Assembly (NCBI GenBank): GCA_964016885.1
Contig: OZ024740.1
Span: 238,886,001 to 238,950,000 of the forward strand
From: Eledone cirrhosa
Lineage: Eukaryota
Direction: 5' to 3'
DNA: 64,000 nucleotides
Shown here piece by piece: positions 40,205-54,215 of this stretch; the first letter of the stretch is position 1; the number at the start of each line of letters is the position of its first letter. Position numbers and translations under genes: made by a program. The notes below the pieces were generated by a model, which did not search any database, was not told the origin of the DNA, and saw only the letters and a program-made list of their open reading frames with translations.

Positions 40205-40240
40205 TCTTCTGATGAAGGACCAGCGTCCGAAACGTTAAGA
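40205..40240 (+). ncRNA. Minimal hammerhead motif in a dispersed pLTR-like repeat
   Basis: TCTT-CTGATGA-a-GGAC cagc GTCC-GAAAC-GTT^-AAGA. Second copy at 60084-60119 (+), decayed copy at 60728-60763 (-). Confidence 0.75.
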
Positions 40241-40392
40241 CCCTCTTCCTGCTATTTCAAGCGTTAACCTAATATATTTCTTCCATATACTGTACCGATT
40301 GTGTTGTTATTTCTGTTTACCTTTTACACACATACACACACACATATGTATATATATATCTATATATATAATCTATATATATGTGTGTATAT

Positions 40393-43319
40393 ACAAAAAT
40401 TCTGCCTAAGAAAACTCATACAACACCTACACCGCACGCTACAACATCACATACGGACTATCTCCAGCCTTGTACCACAACTCGCTGAAACCCCAGAACC
40501 TCTGTCCAAGGTCATCTCCGCCACTATAGACAGGTCATACCACCACCGCCGAGACTACGAGAAAAAACGCCTAACACAAAAATTTCTCAAACTCAGGACG
40601 GCCAACTGTCTTAACAACATCCCAACGCCAAACACCAACAGAGGCGAACAATACGTTACCAACACCGAACCTAGCGGCACCCCGACCAACAACACACCTG
40701 ACGCAAAACACCTCGTCACAGACTTGACAGGATCCCTCTCCCGAGAGGAATTAGACCTCCTCAGCCTGGGTCCCAAGTTCATATTGAAACAGAGACTGGA
40801 CGACAGACTATGGCTCGACATAGAAACGAATTTCTGTCGAGCTGCCTACCAACTGAAATGGATATCGACTCTCGACAACAACACCACGGAATCCACCACA
40901 CCCAGATTCCCGATATACCAACTAGATCGCCCACTCTATCCACCGCCCGCCAACCGCGAGCTGGAAGATAAACTCTCGAGACTAAAACATTCCGTATTTA
41001 ACATCTTACGGAAACAGAAGAAGATGGCCCCTAACCTCTCCAGGACACAACAACTCGCCCTGAAGAACCTACGGAATAAGGAACTTATTTACTTACCATC
41101 CGACAAAGGTAAAGAGTTCTGCGTCATCTCTCAAGCCACATACAATAACCTAGCCTTCGAACACCTAAGCGACAGTGAACTGTACACAGTGATCCCGGAC
41201 ATGACCGCAGCCCAAATCGAAAAACAGACCAACTCCATTTGGTTCGATATCTGTAGGAGAAGACAACTCCCGAATAAAATTAAACTCAACTACACCACTA
41301 GAAATAGCAGACTGCCCACTTTCTACCACCTCATCAAGACCCACAAGAATAGCACTAAGACGCATATAAGACCCATCGTCTCTAGCATAGAAGGACCCCT
41401 ATACAAAATTTCCTGGCTTCTCTCCCAGGTCCTCAAGCCTCTACTCTCCACCTTCCCCGGACATGTCAGTAGCTCCGACGAAGTTATACGTAGATTACAC
41501 CAACTCCAGCCAGAATAACTTAAACTTAATAAATACGCTTTTAGCCTCGACGTTGTCTCCCTCTACACTACAGTCCCCGCTCACCCAGCTGTCGATTTAT
41601 TGACGGACTGCGTGGTCGCAGAGAACATCCACTGCTACGGCCTCCACCCGACGGACATACACCAACTTTTGTCCTTCACGGTAGACAACACGTACTTCAC
41701 CTTCCACCACCACACATACAGACAGACAACAGGATTACCCATGGGATCCAGCCTCTCTGGCCTGCTGGCCATCACTTACATGAACCAGCTAGAATGCCGA
41801 GCCCTCAACACCTGCCATTCCCATGCCTTCTTCACCCGATATGTAGATGACATACTCATCCTTACATCATCCCGTGAAGAGGCAGAGAAAATATACACAA
41901 CATTCTCCAGCATGGACGCCAGTATAAAGTTCAGCATTGAACACCCCGATGACCGCGGATCCCTATCCCTGCTGGACTTCCAACTCAGGGTAACAGAGGA
42001 AGGCAACATCCACACCTGCTTCTATAAAAAATCCGCCAGCAGGGACCTGTTCGTACATTTCAGATCGGCCCTCCCACTCGGTGCCAAGTTCGGATACATA
42101 AAGAACGAACTGGCACGTATCAAGAACAAATGCACCGACGCCAGAGACCGAGACACACACACCACACATTTCCTGGAAGTACTCAAACTGAACGGATACA
42201 CGACATCCACCACAAACCGTGCCAGAAAGAACAGAGGACACCACACCCGAGGCACTAACACTTGCTTCCTGAAGCTCCCACACTTCAGTGAAGAAACAAC
42301 AACAGCCATCCGCAGAGCCATCAGACGAGAAGGTCTGGATATTCAACTGGCCCATTCGGGTCCTTCTTTGCGTGGACGGCTAGCTAAGAGACACTCCACC
42401 AGACATGACAACTGCTGCAGACTAGCCAACTGCCCCATCAACGACACAGACCTATGCCACCAGGCTTACGTAGTTTACAGACTAGAGTGTGACAAATGCA
42501 ACAACTTCTACGTAGGTAGCACCACCAGACCACTCCACATAAGAATAAAAGAACACCTCAATACTAACGCTTCCTCATTTAAGAAACACCTAGTTAAATG
42601 CAAAAACACTGATAAAAACATAACAGTTAGGATAGAAACTAAAGAAAGAAACCTCGGTAATCTTAGAATCAAGGAAGCACTCATTATAGATAGAACACAT
42701 CCACCAATCAATAATAGACTAGAGCTCAACACCCAATTTATAACCTGATAGGGCCTCTAGCCCCACTTTACACACCCCACACACACGCACGCACACCCCC
42801 CCACTTATTCTCTCTCACACATACACACACAAAACCAGTTCTAACACCAGATAACACCTACCCCCCACTTTTACGATTAGACCTATCTTCCCACACTCAC
42901 ACACACACACACACCTACACCTTCATGCTTTCTCCCACACACATATACAGGCACGCATATAAAATTTACATAACACAACAAAAACATAAACAAACCCCTC
43001 TTAAAGGGAGACTACTCTTTACCCACCTAATTTTAATTCTTTGATATTAAAGTTAGAACTCTATACTATTTCCGGTCAGCATAGCTTCATTGGAAATTTA
43101 GACGCTGGTCTGAGACTTTTACTTCCCTCCGAAGAAGAGATATTATCTCGAAAATTAAGGACATTTAAATAAATTCAAGGTGAAAGACTAATTCTCACCA
43201 ATATCTCTCACTATTGCATTCTTTTTCTATGTCCATATCTGCATTGTCTTGGCCTTATTACACATATTCTAACGTTTATACCTCATTACACAATGCTTCA
43301 AGTGAACTATAACCTCCTC

Positions 43320-43322
<3 letters not shown>
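40393..43322 (+). mobile_element. Penelope-like retroelement, 5'-truncated, RT + GIY-YIG, single in-frame stop
   Basis: ORFs 40301..41518 and 41600..42748 are one frame broken by TAA at 41516-41518. Motifs PSDKG, FYHLIKTHK, IRPIVS, LDVVSLYT, GLPMGS, RYVDD, and VVYRLEC...FYVGST...RIKEH (GIY-YIG). 3' non-coding tail with hammerhead. (TA)n flanks. Confidence 0.95.
43126..43160 (+). ncRNA. Variant minimal hammerhead in the 3' pLTR of the Penelope-like element
   Basis: CCT-CCGAAGA-a-GAGAT att ATCTC-GAAA-ATTA-AGG. Core reads CCGA instead of CUGA. Lies ~380 bp after the PLE stop codon. Confidence 0.6.
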
Positions 43323-43364
<42 letters not shown>

Positions 43365-43402
43365 CTATATATATGTGTGTATATATATATATATAATCTA
43401 TA

Positions 43403-43476
<74 letters not shown>

Positions 43477-43511
43477 CATACATACATACATACATATACA
43501 CATACACACAC

Positions 43512-43546
<35 letters not shown>
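43322..43546. repeat. Compound (TA)n microsatellite; others at 31093, 43746, 44370, 54142, 55990, 59062, 60207, 60590; (CA)n at 53537, 63447
   Basis: Directly visible dinucleotide runs. Confidence 0.97.
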
Positions 43547-43743
43547 AATTTTAGTACAGCATTGACGAAGCTTTAGTATACGGCCAAGCTAGCGTATATG
43601 CATAATCGGTCTGTAGCTTTAGCACTCGGATGAGGTAAGACCCCAGAGTAATAACATTACATTCAGACAGCTTAGCAAATCAGATATAGTAGTCGGCAGT
43701 CCAACCGCATTACCAGAGCAACGAAAATACAGGAGCCAGGAAA

Positions 43744-43805
<62 letters not shown>

Positions 43806-43808
<3 letters not shown>

Positions 43809-44368
43809 ATGTCTGTCTGTGTAAATCCCTAAAACTCGAGAAGTACCCGACCGATTTTTTTCAAACTTTACACATGCGTTACTTATTTCTTGCCCTAGGG
43901 CCCGCATTAGGCGAAAAACCGCATTTAAAAGGCATTTTTAGGCTTTTTTGAGGGGTAACTTAAAGATTTCCTCGAAATTTGCAGCACGCATTGCTGTGGA
44001 CAAAAAAAAATTCCGATTCCATTAATGGTTTCTAGGAAATTTACCAATTAGCATTGGGCATTACATGCTGTGTTGCGAATCTATAAAACTCGAAAAGTAC
44101 CTAACCAATTTTCTCCAAATGGAAGAAAAATCATACTCTAAGATATAGTACGCTTAAAGAGTATCCAGCTGATTTTCTTCAGATTTTGCACATGCATGCA
44201 GATGTTTCACAATTCGGATCTGCTGGTGTTCTACGTTTCCAGTAGATGAGCAATCATTCCCTGAGAATAAGGGAATTCAAAAAGTACACAGCTACATTCC
44301 TCAATCTTTGCATATGCGTGTTGCTATTTCACGTTTCCTACCCTGTGCAACACCGGGTCCTGCTGCTA

Positions 44369-44370
<2 letters not shown>
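43806..44370 (+). mobile_element. Non-autonomous Helitron-like element
   Basis: 3' hairpin-like CCCTGTGCAACACCGGG followed by CTAG-T (44366-44370). 5' gtctgtctgt repeat and a duplicated taaaactcga..gtacc subterminal motif. Flanked by (TA)n. Confidence 0.7.
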
Positions 44371-44441
<71 letters not shown>

Positions 44442-45605
44442 GGTGATTAACACGGATAAGCGATATAATAGGTTTCATTTCAAGCATTAACATATGTTTC
44501 ATCGCTTAATATGCAATTAATTATGTCTTGAAATCGCTATCGTCAATAGTTATTGGTTATTGCGAAATTCGATTTTAAATACACAAAACAATGCAGTGAC
44601 GAGGCGAATTATCAAAATACTGATCATGGAATCTGCCACTCAATGATTTTATACCAAATAGCATAAACATCAAGATGACGAATAAAATAAACTGAGAGAA
44701 AATTATATACTTGAGGAGTAATAAAAGATTGGAATAACACAAAGAAGGACAGGGAAGCTTAAATATATATATATATAAGAAATAAAAAATAAAAAGTGAA
44801 AAAATAAAAAATAAAAAATAAATATCATCGAGTACATTAAGTATAAATATTTTTATAAACACAATCTCAAATCCCATAAGAACTGAAACTATAATAAAAC
44901 AATTGTATACCTTACTTGTAACGTACGTAGATTATATCGTTACTTAAACGGCTATAATAGGGATTAGAAACATATCTAAATAAACATACGAATTACTTTT
45001 GGACACAGTGTAATGAAGACATTGTTATACACATATAAACCTACGCTTTTCTTAGGTTTATTTTCATCAAAATATAATGTTTATCCAGTTAAATATCCAT
45101 TAAATTGAGTTTAATGTATTTCAATTAATTACATTTAATGAATTTAAAGTTGCATACTTTGATACGGGCTCTGGCTCGGGTAAATATCCCCTCAGTTCTG
45201 GAACCGGTTGGTTTGTAGCGAAATATGTCCACACCTTGACCCCTGGGTGACATTTAACGGTCAAATTCTGGGTTACCTCCTATTTGGGGTAAACAAGTCT
45301 ATGCGTGGGCGATCTCTCGAGATCACCCAGGCCGGGAACAGAGGAAGCGACAGATATAAATAGCCTGTCTTAGACCAAGCAAAAGGCAGATCAGAGCAGT
45401 TTCTGATAGAGTAATGATGTAAAACATTTGTTTTCTACAGACCCCTTGGCTTTGACTACTACCTTGTTGCTACAACTAATGAACCATCTCTTGCCACTCT
45501 CTATTTCAGCATAACAAAATAACAGCAAAAAATCTTTTATGATTTGTAGTAACCTTATTCTTGTATACATACACATGTGTATATAGACAGTATAAAACAT
45601 AAATT

Positions 45606-46080
45606 TTAAAAACTTGATTCAGTGGAATGATATGATGGGGCCTCTCCCACAGCCCCGGCGGACAGAATGGAGAAGGCGTTTCTCCGGAGGACAGCAAGGG
45701 AGACGCGCTGAAAAAGCCACTCCAACTCGCGGGGCTCACACCTGCGGCTGGCCAGCTCAGCGCCTATGTTGGTGAGTAGGGAGGTAGCCCTAGGGCCGAG
45801 GACACCAGAAGTCTCCACTGCCAAGGGTACAATCGCAAACCTGTCGGAGAGCGACCGGTATTTGAAGAGTTAGGCCTCTTCAGCCCGACGTGCAGCAGAA
45901 CCTGGGTTAGTCGCAGGCTACACCAGCTGGGGAAGAGACCAGACGGTCTTACCCCTTGACCCTGGATAAAAGGTGTGTCTCTTTTGCTTCCTCTCACATC
46001 ATGGAGGCCACGGTGAATGTGGGAGGTCACTTTTGTAGCAGGAGTTGCCTCCCTTGTTGTGACACTCACATCCCCAATAG
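45606..46080 (-). mobile_element. Rearranged CRE-like RLE relic
   Basis: AVETSG.LGP...LFQRVSLAV.R.NA on -. RPDGLT segment inverted on + at ~45930. Confidence 0.75.
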
Positions 46081-46115
46081 ATTAACGCTCTCTAGACAGG
46101 AAGTAGAACCCTTTC

Positions 46116-46443
46116 TGTAACTTCCGGTCAGAACTATAAAACTAATAACGTTAAGCTCCCTATCTCTCATTTGCCCTTCCGGCGCCTGGCCTTCGCCAGG
46201 CGTCTTCTGCCAGCCGCGTTCGCCTGGCAATCAAACGGTAACTAATAACTTTGCTTCATTCTTTCATCTATTCATTGACATATCAACTATACTGTTCTAT
46301 ATATCCACAAATTGTTAATTAAATATTATACTCTCAAACCACGTCTCTTTGTTACATTTATACAACCCAGTATTTTGTTATAAGTGGTGACCCCGACGTG
46401 ACACGAACACGCAGCAGTTCATTGTTATAAGTGGTGACCCCGA
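46116..46443 (+). mobile_element. LTR remnant followed by tRNA-Trp primer-binding site
   Basis: TGGTGACCCCGACGTGA (46385-46401) is complementary to the 3' end of eukaryotic tRNA-Trp. Preceded by TGTAAC...GTTATA. LTR left boundary uncertain. Confidence 0.65.
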
Positions 46444-47409
46444 AAAAAATAAAAAAATAGCAGAATCTGGTGTTGTGTGAGTAACATTACGAATACACAG
46501 CAAATTTTATTGACAAACTGAAAATACGCAGTCAAAGAAATGAACACACGCACATGTGAAATTTTCGTCCAGACAGACTCTTTTTCCCTCACGCATCCAC
46601 TAACTGTCGCAGTTCACTGTATATATATATGTTTCTCGTTTCTTACAACGAACACTTTAAAAACAAACAAAAAAAAAACAAAAAAGAAATTGATTTTTTT
46701 AAAAACATTTCAACAGGAACATTTATTTTCGATGAATCTCAACCATCGCCTTTTTTTCATCGTTTTCTTCATCGTTCAAGTTTTTTTCAAAAAAAAAAAA
46801 ATTGAACTCGCCATATTTGTTATACTAAATGAAGCCTTTCTTTCTTTTTCATCATTGTCACTTTCACACACACATTTTTCAAAATGGCTGCCAACGACCT
46901 GTTGCACTATCATTTTCGCGCCATTTTCTCGCGCATTAGAAATTTTTTTTTTATTTCAACTTAACCTTGTTTTGGCATGTGTAGGCAGCAGGATTTATCG
47001 ACTCACAGAGATAGCCACACGCCATGAGATAACGTTTCTCGTCAAGGATTCTCCAGCCTTAAGCTATATTTTCCTATTTGCCGGTTTATAAATTTACCAC
47101 GTAAATTTGCCGTTGAAAACTGCGCATTTATTCAGAATGCTTATTTCTTTGGTCGCTGGCCTCTTGACCCTTCCAGGTCAACGCATTCTCAACATCGACC
47201 ATCAACTTCGGCTGTTATTTCTAGCACTTTGCGCAACTCATTACAAACCCAAATGCTGTCAAAATTCAACACATACACACATATATCTCTATTACTTAAT
47301 TATATAAATATTTCACATGAAAATATAGAATCAGATATAGAAAGATAATATTAAGCTAACACTTAGTGTGTCAATCGGTCACACATCATAAGGAGTGCCG
47401 GAGCCTCAC

Positions 47410-48115
47410 CTCTAATACTTTTTGAGGCATGTCAACACAGTGGTAGCATTACAGCGAGTGATAACGAAGCTAAGGTGCTGGAACATTCAAGGACCCTCAC
47501 AAGCATCACATGATACCTCGGTAATGCGAGCTGCAAACTATGACAAGAACTTCGTTGTCAGTGACGCAGCTCCTCCAAATGACTCGAATGCCACAGGGTG
47601 GAAACATAGTTTTTATTTAAAAATAATTATTCCGTTCGGCTATGGAAGTGACCCCCACATCCAGGACGTTGAAAGGAACGAAAGAGTCAATGGCTGTGGC
47701 GTCGTAAATGAGACATCTATCTTTTACCCAGGGACAAAGGGTAAGACCATCAGGTCTCTTCCCATCAACTCTGGGCTATCCAGCTGACTCCAGAATTTAG
47801 AGGATAATTAACCGAACCAGGGTCCGCTCATTAATTAAGTTTAGCTCTGTATAGAGAGCGAAACGGCTAGCATTCAGGCAGCACGACAAACCACGAACAC
47901 TTGTGGAATTGAGGGACCTACCACAGCGACATTTCAGACTCCCACGGACATCGGCTCCCACTCTGAGTGCAATGGAGTTGTAGGGTTCATACAGACTGCG
48001 TAGGCCACCGATGTTGGCTACGGACAATGCAGCAACTGACAAACCTAGCTCCCTCCACTGTAGTAGAGCTTGAACCATCTCCCTGTTGGAACTAGTCCAT
48101 GTTAGGGCATTAAAG
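47410..48115 (-). mobile_element. CRE-like RLE relic (family of 36330)
   Basis: ALRVGADV...CRCG...GLSC.LNA.RFA..TELN, homologous to 36563..36856. Confidence 0.8.
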
Positions 48116-48164
48116 TCCGCCTCTGAGTTTTCTTTATCAATTTTTTCCCTCGTTTTTTGTTTTG

Positions 48165-48505
48165 TTTTTCGCGTGCTACAAAGTAATGTTACCTCCGAAC
48201 ATACTGCAAAGGACTTTTTCTCCGGAAAATGAAGGGAGAAGAGGGGGACCCTCGGACTTTTCACCTCCCTCCGTCGGGGTTAGTATTAGAGTTAGGGTTA
48301 AGGTGGGGTAGTGGTGAAATGTCCGAGGGATCCCAACCCTCTTCGGGGGAAAATGTCCATTGTAGCACGTTCGGGGGATATTAGTTGATAACACTCAAAA
48401 AATTCTGAAGAAAAAATGATAAAGAAAAGTCCGAGAGTCCCATTTTTTCCGAGTAAAAGTCCTTTGCATATTAGGAGGTAAGTTTAATTAATAGCACAAG
48501 AAAAA
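48165..48505. mobile_element. MITE-like element with long imperfect terminal inverted repeats
   Basis: ttacctcc..tgcaaaggactttt..cggaaaa..ctcggactttt mirrors aaaagtccgag..ttttccg..aaaagtcctttgca..ggaggtaa. Internal ttaggg-like repeats. Confidence 0.55.
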
Positions 48506-48939
48506 ACCGAGGTTATAAATTATTTCCCACTGAAATCGGTGGGGGTGTTTTTCTATAAATTTACTCTGATATCTACATAAATTGGTTTGGAACTCAGAAT
48601 GCATTAACTATAAATAATATATACAATATAACACGCTATTGTTGAGCACAGAAATATTAAATGATTCTTAAAAAATAGTGCCTAAATTATAAATCGTTAC
48701 ATAATAAATAGTAAAAGTAACGTTCATGGGCAGAGTGCTATACAGGTTTTCTTAGGATAAGTTTTGTAAATTCTTGTGAGCAAATATCTAAAACAAAATC
48801 ACGATATAGTAATAGAATGATTCAAATGGAAAAATGTTTTATCATATCAGTTTCCTGTTTCTTTAGGAGAACTGTTATCGAATAAAAACTGGAAACGTCT
48901 TCGGTCTTGTTCAAATCAATTAATCACTTTTATTGCAAA

Positions 48940-49004
<65 letters not shown>

Positions 49005-49535
49005 CCGTTTTACGTCCATTTTTCCGCGCTAGCATGCGTTAGACGAGGACAACTTGTCTAACCCATGCTAACGTGTGGCCAATGTTAGGTCAGGTGATCA
49101 TGTCTTGCTCATACAGAACTGATTTTGGCTTGGTTTCTACAGCTGGATGCCCTACCTAGCACCAACCCCAGGGTACTTTTTGTCGTATCGCCAACACAAC
49201 GACTTTACAGTGAGGACTGGGTGTTTTTTTTATCGTGAAACCTACACGTTCATTTTACAGTGGGAGGGGGCTGGGTGCTTTTTTATCATGACACCTACAC
49301 GATCACTTTACGGTGGGAGGGTGGCATACTGTGTGTGTGCTTCAGCTTCGGCCTGTGCCCGTGGGAAGTCGGGTCTTCTGTATTACTGCGTAACGCCAGA
49401 GATCTCGGTCCTGTGTCATCACCTCTGAGAGGTGCAATTGGGCAAGGTTAGCTTTTATCACCTCATCACAAGTCTTCTTGGGTCTCCCCATTCCAAGGCT
49501 TCCGTCGACTTTGAGCGCTCTGCACCTTTTTATAC
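48940..49535 (-). mobile_element. RTE 3' end with long (GAT)n tail
   Basis: CIKRCRALKVDG...GRPKKT. (CAT)n at 48940-49003. Confidence 0.9.
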
Positions 49536-50494
49536 ATATTTTATACAAAAAAGTTCTTAAAAACTTTGAACTGTCAAGAATATTTGACAATTTATAATAT
49601 TCACTTATTTAGAATTCATGAAACAATAAAAGAAAGGAAAGGAGGGAATGGGTTAGGATTGTTAAGCAACGAAAGAAATGAGGAAGGTGAGAGGGTGGCA
49701 GACTCTACACCTAAGTTAGAGCGGTGTTTCGGCTGCGCCCCGCGGAAAAATGGCAAAGGCATGGCTGCAGACAGTAGCCCTACATCGCGGGGCTTCTTCA
49801 TGCACAGTCCAAATAAATATTTATCTAGGTTCTGACCCTTCTCATGGTGTTGGGGAACTTCTCCACTATTCAGGTTGTTACGAATAATATTAGTGCAAGA
49901 AGTATATCTTGTCAAAACAGATAAGCGAGCTTGAACAACACCTGAAGTCTTTCTTTACATCCACCATCTTGTTCTTTCCTTTCTCATCAAATTTTAAACC
50001 TAGTGACTGCTTCAGCTTCTACGTTTCCAGTTTCATATACGTTAATGATCGTTCCAATCTGCTACGGTAATGATCTTCCCAATTTGCTTCGTCAATTCTT
50101 CCTTTGTAAACTTTACCATTTGTAGTGGATGAAGTGAATAGGTGTTACAAGTTTGCTTATTTTCACCAGCAAATCTATCTCCCACTTATGCTATGCTACA
50201 TATGTATGTGTAGCGGATAAGTGGTATTCTTTTGATGGGTGTTTGTTGAAAATAATAATGCCATGATTGAGTTGTTAACAACGTTTATTTTATAATAACA
50301 ATATTCACTTTGAACATCGAGTAATAATATTTATGACATGAATTATCCCTACAATATTTTGCTGACTAACTTCTACGAGTTAGCGTAAATGCATGTATCA
50401 CAGAAAACGATATAGTAAAAGTTGTGTTGTATCTTACAGATACAACATGACAGGAAAAATAGAATGAGCGTAGAATGTAAACAATATGAACTTA

Positions 50495-50528
<34 letters not shown>

Positions 50529-52661
50529 CTATTCTTAGAATACATTATTGTCGTAGTAGTAGTAGTGGTCAATCTGTCAGGCAGGCATGGCTGGCTGTCT
50601 GGTTGTGTCTGTGGCCGAGAAGGTGACAACCAGTATGGGCCAGGAGAGAGATAGAGTGAAAGGTCTGCTACATCGTGAACCTTAACACGGACTGCTTGCT
50701 TCGGTCTCTCTGGCCTTTAGATTCCTTAACTCCTTGTATTTATAATAGTGCTATAGTTAGAAGGATGTATATATGAGGTTGATTTATGATCAGCCATGTG
50801 GATATTGTCTCCCAGGAAGCTGGGATTAGAGGTCAAGTGGAATGTACGTTTATCATCGTTGACTTGAGAACTCTCCAATAATGGGTGGTCCCAGAGGCGA
50901 GGAACCTCAGATTCGGTTTCGATAGGAGTATTCCGTTATAGGTATGGTCCCATAACTCCTGATAGAGTCGTAATGATGCCGTATTGACATACGGCGTTTC
51001 TTGAGCATTTTAAATCTGGCGGAACCCATCCCTCTCCAGGCTTGAGTACGGCAGATTTCTTCCAGAGAAAGATAGAAAGTGAGAGAGAGGAAATGAGAAA
51101 GAGATATAGAGGAAGAATCAACCCCAGTACTAGAATGGTACTTTTTTTTATCGACCACAAAAGGATGAAAGGCAAAGTTGATCCCGGCGGGATTTAAACT
51201 CAGAGAGCAGAGAGCCGGACCGAATGCATAAAACATTCTATCTGACGTTCTAACGACTCTGCTAATTCGCCGCCGTATGCCACATATACTGATATATAAA
51301 AAATATTCTTCTATAGTTGAGCATTGGAACGGCATTTCTTTCGATCACATTGTCTGGGAATGGTTAGTTCAATGTCCAGTTTTGCTGCCAGTTCAACTTT
51401 TGATTAAAAAAAATCTCTAGATTATTCTCATGTGGCCATGGAACACAATTAAGAGCTCCTGAATATGATTATACACATTCATTACATCTAGTTGAACTGC
51501 TTGGATAGCTTGTGTTATAGATTCCAATCGTATCGACTAGGTTAAAATCATTATCAGACAGACGAGAAAAGTTTGGAGGAGCCTGACCTCTAACCAAGAA
51601 GTTCTCAACTCCTTTGGTATCACATCTGACCAAGGTGCACATGGCTGCTCCAGTGACTCAGCTCCGCATTCATTCGTGGTAGTGCTGTGTGTGTTATAGA
51701 TATCTACCGTGTGTTATAGATATCTACCGTTGATAAAGCCTTTCGAGCTTTTAATACAGCAATTTAAAAGTAGTAACTAGATCTGAAATCACGGTATCAT
51801 GACACCAGTATCAATATAATGCAATGTAATGTGATCAACTTAATATAAAACTACAAGTCTCGGTACAGTGAAAATAATGTCTTAGTATAAAATCGATGCT
51901 GAGAAACAAAATTAAGATAAGCAAAGTCAGATCAATATTTTTAACCAATAAGTAAACATTTCGTACCTTAAAGTCTTCCGACATTGAACAACTGGATATA
52001 AAACAGAAAAGACGTGTTGTCACAAAGAATTCTTTCTGAAGTGAATTGCTTGTAACTGGTCGACTTGGCGACTGTAACTGAACTGATATGACGTGAGAGC
52101 TGCAGGTTATATTAGTATAAACCAGAGGAGGTCGCAACAGAATCAGAAAGATAAAGTAACATTGTTTAGAGGGAAATTAGATACGAAATAAAGCTCTCTA
52201 TATAAAACTAAAGGAATTTTGTAGAAATCAATGAATATTATGCTATTGATAACAACCAAATTTAATCAATCACTACGGATGCAGCCCGAACCGAATTAAT
52301 AACCATTACTGGTTTTAATGTTCTCTTATTTTTTGCTTATAGCATGATAAAAAATGTAAATAATATATACACTTAAAAAAAACAAAAACAAAAAAGAACG
52401 AACAAACAAAAAAACCCCCCAAAAAACCAAAACAAAAAAGAACCAACAAACAAAATAAAACCCATAAACCATATGAATTACCAAAGCGTTGAGAGTGTCC
52501 GAAATTTCATAATGTGAGTCTTAAACGCAGAAAATAACCAATAACAGTCGACCACGAGATAGAATAGTTAAGAAAATTGTATAAATTACCCATAAGAGTT
52601 GGGGCATCTCTGTTCACTTTTTCTCGCCACTAAAAGAAAATTTATCTAATTTTTTCAACTA

Positions 52662-53040
52662 TAATTGTTTATACTTTTGGCACAAGGCCAGCAATTATCC
52701 AGTGCATTACTGGTACTTTATTTTATCGACTCCGTAAGGATGAAAGGCAAAGTTAACCTCGGCGGGATTTGAACTCAGAATGGCAAGGGCCGTAACTATG
52801 CGTCAAAGCATGGCGTCCGACCCTCTACCGATACTGCCAAATCCACCAAGTATGATTGTTTCTACTTTTGGCACAAGGCCAGCAATTATTCCAGTGTATT
52901 ACTGGTACTTTATTTTATCGCCCCCGTAAGGATGAAAGGCAAAGTTAACCTCGGCGGGATTTGAATTCAGAATGGCAAGGACCGTAACTCTTTGCTGCAA
53001 AGCATGACGTCAGACCCTCTACCGATACTGCCACCCACCT
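52662..53040 (-). mobile_element. Two tandem tRNA-SINEs
   Basis: Two full units in reverse complement. Further older copies at ~660-900, 21160-21280, 51120-51275 and 62445-62545. Confidence 0.88.
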
Positions 53041-53530
53041 CACCAACTATAATGATCGGCTGTTACATCAGTTATTTTTCTGTGTTTGGGTCTCTCACAT
53101 CTAAAAAACAAAACAAAGCAACAAACTTTCCAACGAGGTGTGTGAAAATTCTTAATGGTCAATATATCCCATACGAAAGCTTGAAATAGCTGAATAGCAT
53201 TGAATTAGCAATAGAAAGATAAAGTTTCATTATTATAGAAAATGTTCAGACCACCGCATTGAATAAGCAACTACAAAGTCATAACTTATCTAAAGTTTAC
53301 AGAATACTTGAACGACAAGCTGTTTTCGTTAGGAAATGTGCCAAAACATGAATCAAAACAAAAAATAGACTGGTATAAGCATGCAGAGATTCTATAAAGT
53401 TACATTGTTGCCATGAGTTACTTTGAACTTACAATTATTTTACAGACCAAGATGTATACATACGGGATATTGGTGATTGTATGATGAGGCTGTCGCCCAC
53501 CTTACCATAGCTTGAGGGGCATGTATACAT

Positions 53531-53649
<119 letters not shown>

Positions 53650-53713
53650 CTCTCTCTCTCTCCCTATATATAGTTTTGCGAGGTTTTTTATAGGAAATCG
53701 AGTGTCGAAACAA

Positions 53714-54138
53714 ATATTGTTATACTTGGGAGGGTCATATTTGTGTAATATTGCCAGAATTAATAACAGAACACACTCAATGTTTGGTTGGTTTTCGCCT
53801 TTCGCTTCTGTGTCTTTTAAAATAAATAAATAAATATATAGACAGACTAAATAAAAATGGCGTAGACATACAATGTAACGGGAGAAAACAATAGCACCAC
53901 TGACGATGTTGCAGATGTGCAACGAAAGAACTTTGATAAACTATATATATGTGTTTGTGTCTATATTGTATCTGTATTATTTTTGACCGTCGGTCAGTCA
54001 ATGGCAACATTGAGGACCGAATAAATTAGATTACCGATATAAAAGACACAGAAGCGAAAAGCGAAAACCAACCAAACAGTGAGTGTGTTCTGTTATTAAT
54101 GTTGGCAATATTACACAAATATGACCATCACCAAGTAT

Positions 54139-54146
<8 letters not shown>
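53714..54146. repeat. Inverted repeat (~106-bp arms) enclosing a hammerhead-like motif
   Basis: 53714-53819 is the reverse complement of 54040-54146. 53890-54140 is repeated directly at ~58640-58872. Confidence 0.9.
53897..53936 (+). ncRNA. Hammerhead-like motif, weak stem I
   Basis: CTGACGA-t-GTTGCA gatg TGCAAC-GAAAG-aa-CTT. Homologue at 58645-58684. Confidence 0.6.

Positions 54147-54215
<69 letters not shown>

Noticed and set aside
41516-41518. In-frame stop as selenocysteine recoding (as described for some Naiad PLEs) or editing-dependent read-through
   Set aside because: The codon is TAA, not TGA, and would need two edits. A point mutation is simpler.
43276-44490. [12 protein letters not shown] ORFs here and at 30906, 53435, 54031, 59036 and 63396
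   Set aside because: Translations of (TA)n and (CA)n microsatellites.
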